Part shown: in pieces, positions 55,404 through 64,000 of the stretch
Numbering within the stretch: the stretch's first letter is position 1
How the letters are laid out: each line of letters opens with the position of its first letter
Assembly: GCA_964291235.2 (NCBI GenBank)
Contig: OZ219815.1
Coordinates: forward strand, 32,001 to 96,000
DNA: 64,000 nt
Reading direction: 5' to 3'
Source of the DNA: Vicinamibacteria bacterium
Lineage (GTDB): Bacteria; Acidobacteriota; Vicinamibacteria; Marinacidobacterales; Marinacidobacteraceae
Notes under the pieces: model-generated
What the model was told of the DNA's origin: nothing
Seen by the model: only the letters and a program-made list of their open reading frames with translations
The model's database searches: none
Made by a program: the position numbers and the translations under genes

Positions 55404-56729
55404 CTAGAGATAGTCCGCGGGGTTCGCCGCAATGTGGCGGACGCTCGCGAGCAGCCGGTCCACCTCGTGCGGCATGTTGTAAATGTGGGTCGAGGCCCGC
55501 ACCGCGTTGAGATTCCCCGTGCCCATCGTGCGGATGAACACCCGGTCGCGGTCCAGAATGGCCTCCTGGACGTTCGCCATCGGGAGGTCGTGGACCGAGA
55601 ACAGCGTCAGGCCGGCCGCGAGTTCGTCGCTCGCCGACGTCCAGAGCTTGACTCCGGGGATCTCCCGCAGTCCGTCCCGGAGGCGCCCGGAGAGCATCCG
55701 GACCCGCTTCTCGATGAGTTCCTTCCCGATCACGTTCTGGAACTCGACGGACTTCACCAGTGCAAATTGGCTGGGGACGTGGCGCTGGCCGGTGTTCTCG
55801 TACTTCCGGGAGTCCTCGCGGAAGCGGCGCTCGCCGTCCTGGCGGTAGGTGCCGGCGCCGATCAGGGGCCAGATGTCGCCCATGGTGTCCCGCCGGATGT
55901 ACGAGAGGCCGGTCCCGGTACCCGCCATCAACCACTTCTGGCCGGCGCCCGCATAGTGATGGCAGTCCAACTCCTTCATGTCGAGGGCGATCATCCCGAG
56001 CGGATGGGCGCCGTCCACGGTGAGCATGAGGTTCTTTCGGGCGCAGAGCTCGGCCAGTTCCTTCACCGGCATCAGCAGGCCGGTGACGTAGGTGATGTGG
56101 CTCACCATGATCGCCCGGGTCCGCGGCCCGATCGCATTCTCGTAGATCGAGAGGATCTGGTCTTTGCTCTCCGGGGGAGACGGAATGTCCACCCACTTGA
56201 TCACGGCGCCATAGCGCTCCCGGGCGTGGATGTAGGGCTCGATACCGCCGTTGTGTTCATGCGTGCACATGAGCACCTCGTCGCCCTCGCGCCAGTCGAG
56301 TCCCCGCCCGAAAATATTCATCCCCTCCGTGGTGCTGCGCGTGTACGTGACCTCGTCGGGCTCCGCCCCGATGAAGGAGGCGAGCGTCTGCCGGCGTTCG
56401 TGGAGTTCGTCGCGCCGGTACCCGTTCGTCGGGTCGGCGGCGATCTCGGCGTAGATCCGCGCCTCCTCGTCGGCCACCGCCCGCGGGTTCGGTCCCAGGG
56501 TGCCGTTGTTCATGAACGCCATCCCATCGACCACATTGAACTGCGAGCGCACCTTCCACCAGTAGTCCTCGCCCGGACTCCCTGGCGGAGAAAGGTCACC
56601 AAGTGGCAGCGGCGGAACCGCCCGCTGCGCGGCGGCGGCCGCCAGAGTTGCTCCCGGGAGCGCGGCCGCACCGAACGCCGCGGCGGATGCACCAAGGAAA
56701 CGCCGACGTGAAATTGCCGTGGTTGTCAT
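55404..56729 (-). CDS. Class V PLP-dependent aminotransferase-fold enzyme with Tat signal
   Basis: SRRRFLG; MNNGTLGP, RSTTEG, HEH, SHI...TG, VDGAH, GQKWL..GTG; no cysteine-desulfurase HHC/C loop seen. Confidence 0.88.
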   Translation of the reverse strand: MTTTAISRRRFLGASAAAFGAAALPGATLAAAAAQRAVPPLPLGDLSPPGSPGEDYWWKVRSQFNVVDGMAFMNNGTLGPNPRAVADEEARIYAEIAADPTNGYRRDELHERRQTLASFIGAEPDEVTYTRSTTEGMNIFGRGLDWREGDEVLMCTHEHNGGIEPYIHARERYGAVIKWVDIPSPPESKDQILSIYENAIGPRTRAIMVSHITYVTGLLMPVKELAELCARKNLMLTVDGAHPLGMIALDMKELDCHHYAGAGQKWLMAGTGTGLSYIRRDTMGDIWPLIGAGTYRQDGERRFREDSRKYENTGQRHVPSQFALVKSVEFQNVIGKELIEKRVRMLSGRLRDGLREIPGVKLWTSASDELAAGLTLFSVHDLPMANVQEAILDRDRVFIRTMGTGNLNAVRASTHIYNMPHEVDRLLASVRHIAANPADYL

Positions 56730-56845
56730 GGACTCCCCTTTCCCGCAGGAAAATCGGAACGTAGCGGAACCCGAGGGGGCACTTCAAATGTCGCAGGACG
56801 CGAGCGCCGCGCCCGCCCGTTCCGAAGTGAGATAATTTGAAGTTC

Positions 56846-58006
56846 ATGATTGATCCCTGCACGATCCTGGTGGTTGACGACGAACCCGATCTCGAAACGC
56901 TGATTCGCCAGAGGTTCCGCCGCCGGATCCGCAAGGAAGAAATGCGGTTCGTTTTTGCGCACGACGGTGTGCAGGCGCTCGAAGCTCTTGAAGGCCATCC
57001 GGAAATCGAACTCATCATGACCGACATCAACATGCCCCGGATGGACGGTCTGACCCTGCTGAACGAACTGCGAACCATCCGCCCGAAGTGCCGCGCGGTG
57101 GTGGTTTCGGCCTATGGCGACATGGCGAACATCCGTACCGCGATGAACCGGGGAGCCTTCGATTTCGTCACCAAACCGATCGACTTCAAGGACCTCGAAC
57201 TCACCATCGAAAAGACGATGACCCACCTCGCCATGATGCGCGAGGCCCTCAAGCACCGCGCCCAACTGCTCGCGCTGCACCAGGAGCTGCGAGTCGCCCG
57301 GGACATGCAGATGTCCATCCTGCCGCAGCGGTTCCCGTCAACGCCAAGCACGGATACGCACGCCATCATGACTCCGGCCCAGGACGTGGGCGGAGACTTC
57401 TACGACGTCTTCCACCTCCCCGACAAAAGACTCGGCGTCGTGATGGCGGACGTTTCCGGCAAGGGCGTTCCGGCGGCCCTGTTCATGATGGTCAGCCGGA
57501 CCCTGGTCAAGGGGAACGCCGTGAGCGCCCTCTCCCCAGGGGACGCCCTGACCCAGGTGAACAATCTGCTCGGAGAGGAGAACGAACGGGCCATGTTCGT
57601 CACCCTGCTGTTCGGGATTCTGGACACCCAGGGGGGAAGCTTCACCTACGCCAACGCGGGGCATTGCGCTCCCTACCTGCTGCGCACTGGAGAAAAACCC
57701 CGGGAATTGCCGCTCACCCAGGGAATCGCCCTGGGCGTCATGCCGGACTTCCCTTACAGCGAGGACAAGATCCAGCTCGAAGCCGGAGATCGGATTTTCC
57801 TCTATACCGACGGCGTGCCCGAGGCCGAGGCTCCGGACAAGGAACTGTTCGAGAACCAGCGACTGGAAGAAACCCTCCAGAAGGTCGCCGACCGGTCGCC
57901 GGAGGAGATCAATCGAACCGTCATCGAAGCAGTTCGGGTGTTCTCGGGAGGGGAACACCAGTCCGACGACATCACCTGCCTGACGCTCGCCTATCGCGGC
58001 AACTGA
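56846..58006 (+). CDS. Response regulator receiver + PP2C/SpoIIE phosphatase (RsbU/RsbP-like)
   Basis: ILVVDDEPD, TDINMPRMDG, FVTKP; VGGDFYD, ADVSGKG, NAGH, LYTDG, DDIT. Confidence 0.93.
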   Translation: MIDPCTILVVDDEPDLETLIRQRFRRRIRKEEMRFVFAHDGVQALEALEGHPEIELIMTDINMPRMDGLTLLNELRTIRPKCRAVVVSAYGDMANIRTAMNRGAFDFVTKPIDFKDLELTIEKTMTHLAMMREALKHRAQLLALHQELRVARDMQMSILPQRFPSTPSTDTHAIMTPAQDVGGDFYDVFHLPDKRLGVVMADVSGKGVPAALFMMVSRTLVKGNAVSALSPGDALTQVNNLLGEENERAMFVTLLFGILDTQGGSFTYANAGHCAPYLLRTGEKPRELPLTQGIALGVMPDFPYSEDKIQLEAGDRIFLYTDGVPEAEAPDKELFENQRLEETLQKVADRSPEEINRTVIEAVRVFSGGEHQSDDITCLTLAYRGN

Positions 58007-58012
58007 CTTCCG

Positions 58013-59251
58013 ATGCATCTGCGCGGTTCAGGGTGGGAGGACCGGCTGCCGCCGGTTTCGGATTTCCGGCTCCGGGCGGGCTGGATGTCCGTCCTCTGCC
58101 TTACGGGCGCGGTGGCGGGCGGACCGGCGGCCCTCGCATCCGCCCAGGACGAGACCGCAACCCCGGGCATCAGCCTCGAGCGCGTTCTCTTCGGGCAGTC
58201 GGCGGCCCTCAGCGGCCCGGCCGCGGCTCTCGGACAGGGGATGCGGCTCGGGATCCAGGCCGCTTTTGCCGAGATCAACCGCGGCGGCGGCGTCCACGGC
58301 CGGCGGCTCGAACTGGTCTCGCTCGATGATGGCTACGAGCCCGAGGCCGCCCTCCAAAACACCCGCCGACTGTTGCAGGACGAAGAGGTCTTCGCCCTCA
58401 TTGGTCCGGTCGGCACGCCGACCTCCCGCGCGGTCGAGCCGGTGGCCGCCCAGGCCGGAGCCCCCTACATAGGCCCGTTCACCGGAGCGGAATTCCTGCG
58501 CGAGCCGGAAGAGGCGCCGACCGCGGTGAACGTCCGCGCCTCATATTTCCAGGAAACCGATGAAATGGTCGAGCGGCTCACCGAGGATCTCGGTGTCTCC
58601 CGGATCGCCGTGCTCTATCAGGACGACTCCTACGGAGGCGCCGGGCTTGCCGGGGTTCGACAGGCACTGGCCAGACGAAGGCTGGAACTGACGGGCGTGG
58701 CCGCCTACCAGCGGAATACCACGGCGGTCAAGGTTGCCGTCCTGGAACTGCGCCGGATGCAGCCGGAGGCGGTGATCATCATCGGAGCGTACCGGCCGGT
58801 GGCGGAGTTCGTGCGCTGGGCCAGGCGCATCGATTTCACTCCCATCCTGATGAACATCTCCTTCGTGGGCAGCGAAGCGCTGGCCGCGGATCTCGGGTCG
58901 GCCGGCGAGGGAGTGCTGATCACCCAGGTCGTTCCCTTTCCGGAGGACACCTCGCTCCGCGTGGTGCGCAGCTACCGGGAAGCGCTCCGCCGACAGGAAC
59001 GGGGAGCACCGCCCAGCTTCGTGTCGCTTGAGGGGTACATCGCCGGGCGCCTTACCGGCGAGGTCCTCGAACGGGCCGGGCCGGAGCTGACCCGCGCCGG
59101 TTTCCTGCAGACTCTCACGACGATCCGCAATTTGGACTTCGGCGGTTTCTCGCTCACTTACGGTCCGGGAGACTCGCAGGGTTCCGACCGCGTGTTCCTG
59201 ACCCGTATCGAGGCGGACGGACGACTGAGGCCGCTCACCTCGCTGAGGTAA
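58013..59251 (+). CDS. Periplasmic binding protein (branched-chain amino acid/Leu-binding type)
   Basis: GQSAALSGPAA.LG..M, INRGGGVHGR.LEL...DDGYEP, VGTPT, RASY..E, YQDDSYG, TQVVP; start may be ATG 58085. Confidence 0.88.
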   Translation: MHLRGSGWEDRLPPVSDFRLRAGWMSVLCLTGAVAGGPAALASAQDETATPGISLERVLFGQSAALSGPAAALGQGMRLGIQAAFAEINRGGGVHGRRLELVSLDDGYEPEAALQNTRRLLQDEEVFALIGPVGTPTSRAVEPVAAQAGAPYIGPFTGAEFLREPEEAPTAVNVRASYFQETDEMVERLTEDLGVSRIAVLYQDDSYGGAGLAGVRQALARRRLELTGVAAYQRNTTAVKVAVLELRRMQPEAVIIIGAYRPVAEFVRWARRIDFTPILMNISFVGSEALAADLGSAGEGVLITQVVPFPEDTSLRVVRSYREALRRQERGAPPSFVSLEGYIAGRLTGEVLERAGPELTRAGFLQTLTTIRNLDFGGFSLTYGPGDSQGSDRVFLTRIEADGRLRPLTSLR

Positions 59252-59256
59252 CGGGG

Positions 59257-61689
59257 ATGGCCGAGGAAGACCGGCAGAACGGGACCGCGGCGCGTGATGA
59301 GGAAGAGGTGCGCGAAGAATCCACCGAGTCCGTCGAGGAAACGGAGGAATCCGCCCAGACGACGGAGGAGTCCGCCGGCGTCTCGATAGTCGGAGCCCTC
59401 CGGGAGGCGCTCTCCGGGAAGAAGCCCCTTTCCCCTGAGGAAGGCGGCGGGGCACCCGAGGAGGAGGCCGCCGCCGCGGCCCCGCGAGACGAGCCACCGT
59501 CGGGAGGGGCCGACGAATCCGACCCCGGCGCCGCGGAACGGGGCGGCTGGTTTCGCCGGAAGTTCGCCCTCCGCCAGAGCCTGCGGGTCCAGATCGCGGC
59601 CGGCCTCGGGGCGGCCATCGTCTTCACCCTCCTCGCGAGCATCATCGCCCTCGTCGCGTTCTTCCAGGTCGGTCGGATCCAGCGGGAAATCAACACCGAC
59701 TACGTGCCGGCGCTGACCCGCGCCGTCCAGATCGGGCAACTTGCGACCGATCTGGCGGGCGCCGCTCCCCGGCTGGTGGCGGAAGCCAGGAACCGCCAGC
59801 TCTCCTCCGATGCCTCGCAGGAAGAGAGTCCCGCCGCCGCGGCCGGAAACATCGACCTGCTGGAGAACGCGGCGCGCATCATCGAGCTTTCGTCGGACCT
59901 CGCGGTCGGTGAACGGACGGCCGGGCTCCGGCAGTTCTCCGCCGATCTCGCGAGCAACCTTCGGGACATCCAGGTCTCGGTCGAGGGCGGCGTCGAGTTT
60001 CAGGAACGGCTGGCGCAACTGCAGGAAGAAACGGCCGTGGAGACCCGGGAGTTGAACGAACTCATCGGACCCCTGCTCGACAACCAGGTCTTTTTCATGG
60101 CGACCGGTCTCCGCACGCTCGACGACGAGCCGGCTCCGATCGAGGTGCGGGGTTCGGAAACGGAAGTGATCTACCAGCACGCCCTGAGCGCCATCGATGC
60201 GCGCGGCAACCTCGCCGGCAGCCTCATCAGCGACGTGATCGTGCAGGACGACCTCGAACTGGTCGAAACCCTCGAAGAGAGGTTCCGGGCCGCCACCGCC
60301 GGCACCTTCCGGGCGCTCGACACCCTCGGTGACCGCGCTCCCCCGCAACTGGAGACGACCCTCAACACGATCTACGAACTGGGCCTGGACCCGGAGGGGG
60401 CGTTCCCGGTACGCCGGCGCTATCTCGCCGAACTTCGGAACCAGCTCGCCTACCTGGCGCGGAACGAGTCCATCACGGACTCGCTGGAATCCGCGGTGGC
60501 CAGCCTGACCGTGGGACTCGAGGTGGACGCGCTGGCCGCCACCGAGGAGTCGGAGGCGGCGCTGAATCTCGGGAGATCCCTGCTCGTGGCGCTGAACGTC
60601 CTGGGAATCAGCAGTGCCGCGCTGATTCTGTGGCTCTTTGTGGGCCGGTTCCTGATCGCGCGGCTGACCGCCCTTTCCCGCGCGATGCGCCGGATGGCGG
60701 GAGGCGATCTGGAGACCCGCATCGAGGTTCGCGGCCAGGACGAGGTCGGGGAGATGGCGCAGGCTCTCGAAGTCTTCCGGCAGCACGCCCTCGAGGTGCA
60801 GCGGCTCAACCTGGTGGAGGAACTCGCCACCCGGGTCGAAGCGCAGAACGAGGAATTGGCGAAGACGCTGGAAGACCTGGAAAAGGCGCAGGACCAGATC
60901 GTCATGCAGGAGAAGCTCGCGTCCCTCGGCCAGTTGACGGCCGGAATCGCGCATGAGATCAAGAACCCGCTGAACTTCGTCAATAACTTCGCCGACGTCT
61001 CGAGCGACCTGCTGGAGGATCTCAAGGAAGAGCTGGAAACCGTCAAGGAAAACGTGCCCGAGGAATCACTGGCGGAAATCGACGACATCAGCACCGATCT
61101 CTCCGGGAACCTCGAGCGGATCGTGCACCACGGAAAACGGGCGAGTTCCATCGTTTACGGCATGCTCGAACACGCCCGGAAGGAAGGCGGCGAGACCCGT
61201 CCGACGGAGATCAACGCCATGCTCGAGGAATACATCGCGCTCGCCTTCCACTCGATGCGCGCCGTGGACAACCGCTTCCAGATGACCATCCGGAAGAATC
61301 TGAGTGACGACGTCGGCGCCATCGAAGCCATCCCGCAGGACCTGAGCCGGGTGTTCCTGAACATCGTGACAAATGCCTGCCAGGCGACCTTCGACAAGCA
61401 ACTGGACGAGAGTTCGGATCCCGGCTATCAGCCCGAACTGGCCGTGAGCAGCAGCAAGGAGAACGGCCAGGTGGAAGTGCGCATCAAGGACAACGGTCCC
61501 GGCATCCCGCCAAACCACCTGGCCAAGATCTTCGAGCCGTTTTTCACCACGAAGGACACCGACAAGGGAACGGGGCTCGGCCTCTCCCTTTCGCACGACA
61601 TCATCCGGGGGCACGGCGGCACGCTGGCCGTGAACTCGGAGGTCGGCCAGGGCGCCGAATTCGTGATCACCCTTCCCGCCGCGTCGTAG
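59257..61689 (+). CDS. Sensor histidine kinase (periplasmic helical sensor, HAMP, HisKA, HATPase)
   Basis: Two TMs; HAMP (GDL...I...GQDEVGEMA); EKLASLGQLTAGIAHEIKNPL; N-box; DNGPGI, FEPFFTTK, GTGLGL. Confidence 0.95.
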   Translation: MAEEDRQNGTAARDEEEVREESTESVEETEESAQTTEESAGVSIVGALREALSGKKPLSPEEGGGAPEEEAAAAAPRDEPPSGGADESDPGAAERGGWFRRKFALRQSLRVQIAAGLGAAIVFTLLASIIALVAFFQVGRIQREINTDYVPALTRAVQIGQLATDLAGAAPRLVAEARNRQLSSDASQEESPAAAAGNIDLLENAARIIELSSDLAVGERTAGLRQFSADLASNLRDIQVSVEGGVEFQERLAQLQEETAVETRELNELIGPLLDNQVFFMATGLRTLDDEPAPIEVRGSETEVIYQHALSAIDARGNLAGSLISDVIVQDDLELVETLEERFRAATAGTFRALDTLGDRAPPQLETTLNTIYELGLDPEGAFPVRRRYLAELRNQLAYLARNESITDSLESAVASLTVGLEVDALAATEESEAALNLGRSLLVALNVLGISSAALILWLFVGRFLIARLTALSRAMRRMAGGDLETRIEVRGQDEVGEMAQALEVFRQHALEVQRLNLVEELATRVEAQNEELAKTLEDLEKAQDQIVMQEKLASLGQLTAGIAHEIKNPLNFVNNFADVSSDLLEDLKEELETVKENVPEESLAEIDDISTDLSGNLERIVHHGKRASSIVYGMLEHARKEGGETRPTEINAMLEEYIALAFHSMRAVDNRFQMTIRKNLSDDVGAIEAIPQDLSRVFLNIVTNACQATFDKQLDESSDPGYQPELAVSSSKENGQVEVRIKDNGPGIPPNHLAKIFEPFFTTKDTDKGTGLGLSLSHDIIRGHGGTLAVNSEVGQGAEFVITLPAAS

Positions 61690-62015
61690 GTGGTTTCCGA
61701 ACGGGGCCGTGAGTCCGGTCAGGTCCCGTAAGTCAACCCGAAACCGAGTCGAGGCCCCCTTCGGAAACCACCGGCGCTGCGCGCCGGAAATCGGAACTTT
61801 CCTCGCTGTGGCAAGCCTACGGCGCGCTGTGCGAACCCAAGTTCCGATTTGACGCCGTGTTCTTGTGAGATCGGCGGTGCTTCGGCTGGTCTTGCTGCTA
61901 GCCGGGATTTCTCATACCTCATGGCCCAAGGTGCCGCGCGGATCACACTTTCCCCCCGGTCACGACGACACGGGGCGAACCCAAGGTTCGCTGCCATTTG
62001 TTTTCGCTCGTTCGA
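61689..62015 (-). repeat. Dispersed multi-hairpin element, copy E (central hairpin expanded)
   Basis: Reverse complement AACGAGCGAAAACAAATGGCAGCGAACC-TTG-GGTTCGC; GACCGGGGGGAAAGTGTGA..(longer insert)..TCACAAG; AAATCGGAACTT..AAGTTCCGATTT; CCGGCGC-GCA-GCGCCGG; 20-bp inverted repeat 61689-61708/61753-61772. Confidence 0.8.
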
Positions 62016-62023
62016 AATCCGGA

Positions 62024-63709
62024 CTAGAACCGCGCGGCGGTCAGGACGATGTCGGCGCGGCTCCAGGCGCGCAGAAAGCGGCGCTGCACGCGGTTGGCCT
62101 CGTCGGTCTTGCCCTGGTCGCGGAGCGATTCGAGCAGACCGAAGAGCGACCAGCCGTTTTCGGGCCAGTGGCGGAGATCCTCGCGGAACGCCACCTCGGC
62201 GTGGTCGGGCTGGCCGGCCTCCAGCAGCACCGCTCCCAGCGTCTGCCGCATCGGCATGTACCAGGGCGGAGGCTCGGTATAGGCGAGGTTGTCCTGGATG
62301 TTGATGGCCTCTTCGAGCAACGGGATCGCCTTCGCGGGGGCGTCGTGGCGCGAAACGATGTCGGCTTCGAGCGCCGTGGCGGCGAGCCGCAGCATGTCCT
62401 TGGCGGACACCCGTCCCATGCCCGGCAGGTTTTCGTCCGCCGCAATGGCGGCGACCTGCTTCTGGTGTTCCCGGGCGGTCTCCACCTCCCCGGTGGCCGA
62501 GTGCGCAAGTCCACGCACGTAGTGCCAGATCGCCGTCTCGAAGAGATACTCGGCGCGCGGCTGCGGCTCGCTCATGATGTCATTCCAACGACCGAAGCGC
62601 GCCTGCGCGAACAGCGGAATGGTGAGGAAGAGTTGCGGGCGGGAGGACTCCGCGATCCGGTTGGGGCCGACCTGGACCCGCACCTTGTCGCGCAGCTTGT
62701 AGGCCTGCTGGAGCGCCACGGCGCTCCTGCCCTCGAACTGCGCCGCCGACCAGGCGAAGTGGACGTTGTGCTGATAGGAACCGACCGGGTAGCGGCCCTC
62801 CTGATCGGGCATTCCGATATAGAGCTCGTCCACCGCGGCGGCGTCCAGGTTGAAGTCCGCCGCCTCGTCGTAGTTGCCGGTCTGGATCAGGATGTGCGCG
62901 CCCATGTGGACGAGGTGCGCGGCGCCCGGCATGGTCCGGGGAAGGTTCCGGGCGTGCGGAACCGCGCGCGCGAGATTGTCGGACGCCTCGACCCCGTGGA
63001 TGTAGTAGTGGATGGCGCCGGGGTGGTCCGGGTCCATCTCCAGAGCGCGTTCGATCTGCTCGACCAGCCAGACGGTGCCGTCGTTCAGCGGCTTGCCGCC
63101 ATCGTCCCAGTAGTTCCAGCGGGTGGTGTTCATGTAGGAGGCCGCCGCCATCACCTGGAGGTCGATGTCGTCGGGATAGGCCTCCGCGAGCGCGCGGGCC
63201 TTGTCGTGGTACGCCTTGTCCAGCGGGGCGCGCTCGGACGCGGGATCCTCGGCGTAGCGGGCGGCGAGCGCGTCGATCATCGCCTTTTCCTTGTCGGTAG
63301 CGGTCCCGGACAGCTCCTGGGCCCGGCTGATCGCCTCCCAGGCGGTTGCGAGCTGGTCCTCCGGCGGGTCTCCCTGGTTGAGGTAGGGCCCGTAAGCGAG
63401 CGCCCGGCCCCAGTGGGACATCGCGTTGTCGTCCAGCCGGGCGGCCTCGTCGAAGGACCGCCGCGCCTCTGCCATCCAGAAGGCGTACACCAGCCGCAGT
63501 CCCTGATCGAAGTACTGCTGACCCAGTTCCGACGCGCCGCTCACCGGATAGCTGACCTTGCCGAGCTTCGCGTGCAGCGGAACCGCCAGATCGGTGGTGT
63601 TCGTCTCCTCTTCTTCCCAGGCGGGCGCCGTGGCGGCGAACAGCAGGGCCAGGACGGCCAGCAGGGAGGTACATCGGCTGGTTCGGGACATCTGGGGGTT
63701 TCTCCTCAT
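62024..63709 (-). CDS. Secreted TPR-repeat protein with His-rich motif
   Basis: QQYFDQGLRLVYAF..AEA.RSF, WGRALA.GP..N, HPGAIHYYIH..E, HLVHMGAHI, EPPPW..P.RQ.LG, PENGWSLFGL. Confidence 0.88.
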   Translation of the reverse strand: MRRNPQMSRTSRCTSLLAVLALLFAATAPAWEEEETNTTDLAVPLHAKLGKVSYPVSGASELGQQYFDQGLRLVYAFWMAEARRSFDEAARLDDNAMSHWGRALAYGPYLNQGDPPEDQLATAWEAISRAQELSGTATDKEKAMIDALAARYAEDPASERAPLDKAYHDKARALAEAYPDDIDLQVMAAASYMNTTRWNYWDDGGKPLNDGTVWLVEQIERALEMDPDHPGAIHYYIHGVEASDNLARAVPHARNLPRTMPGAAHLVHMGAHILIQTGNYDEAADFNLDAAAVDELYIGMPDQEGRYPVGSYQHNVHFAWSAAQFEGRSAVALQQAYKLRDKVRVQVGPNRIAESSRPQLFLTIPLFAQARFGRWNDIMSEPQPRAEYLFETAIWHYVRGLAHSATGEVETAREHQKQVAAIAADENLPGMGRVSAKDMLRLAATALEADIVSRHDAPAKAIPLLEEAINIQDNLAYTEPPPWYMPMRQTLGAVLLEAGQPDHAEVAFREDLRHWPENGWSLFGLLESLRDQGKTDEANRVQRRFLRAWSRADIVLTAARF

Positions 63710-64000
63710 TCGGACAGGTTGCGGTACAGAACGCGGATTATCGCGTAGCCCTCGGCCATGTCGGCGGCTTCGAACCGCACCGTGTCCGGGGAAATTCGTT
63801 CGATCTGCGGCAGGAGCGACGCGATCTCCGCCAGGTCGGGGCGGGTGTACTGGATCTCGATGGGGACCGGGGATTCCGGGGCCGGAGGCGGCTCCGGGAT
63901 GGACTGGAGCGCCCTGGTCGCGGCCTCCCGGATCATCCGGGCGGTCACTTGCGGGTGGATCAGCTCGGCCGTGGTTCGGCGGATAGCCCGTTTCACGGCG
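63706..64000 (-). CDS. M55 D-aminopeptidase (DppA-like) C-terminal part; 5'-truncated by window edge
   Basis: AVKRAI....A..IHP.....IREAA.RAL...P..IEI.Y....A...P..ER....VRFEA.DM.E.Y. Confidence 0.7.
   Translation of the reverse strand, partial: AVKRAIRRTTAELIHPQVTARMIREAATRALQSIPEPPPAPESPVPIEIQYTRPDLAEIASLLPQIERISPDTVRFEAADMAEGYAIIRVLYRNLSE

Noticed and set aside
59290-59380. DNA repeat in the kinase 5' region
   Set aside because: Short imperfect GAGGA(A/G)TCC repeats simply encode the EES-rich low-complexity tail.

Overview
A very GC-rich, gene-dense bacterial chromosomal window. The gene content (Oar-like TonB-dependent receptor, CRTAC1/ASPIC-UnbV, multiheme-TPR, many Tat/lipoprotein enzymes) is typical of Acidobacteriota-like genomes; this is an inference only. 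It holds ftsK (3' end), an AmiC-like amidase, tRNA-Phe, recA, thiolase/3-hydroxyacyl-CoA dehydrogenase, a six-gene Tat-exported molybdoenzyme operon with three uncharacterised accessory genes, many exported hydrolases/oxidases, two decayed vapBC loci and a binding-protein/kinase/REC-PP2C signalling operon. There is no intact transposase, integrase, cas or reverse-transcriptase gene. The most striking signal is non-coding. Five diverged copies of a ~235-330 nt multi-hairpin element (2773-3024, 12440-12692, 34199-34448, 54842-55078, 61689-62015) all lie between convergent genes. They show compensatory base changes, c-GNA-g triloops and a final ~20-bp stem enclosing a unique 41-51 nt loop. Three copies have co-oriented tandem arrays of 84-89 bp REP-like units at their 5' side. 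A TTAA-flanked MITE and REP/REPIN-like doublets share motifs with these loci. Many start codons are best guesses, and all protein calls come from motif recognition by eye, not database searches.
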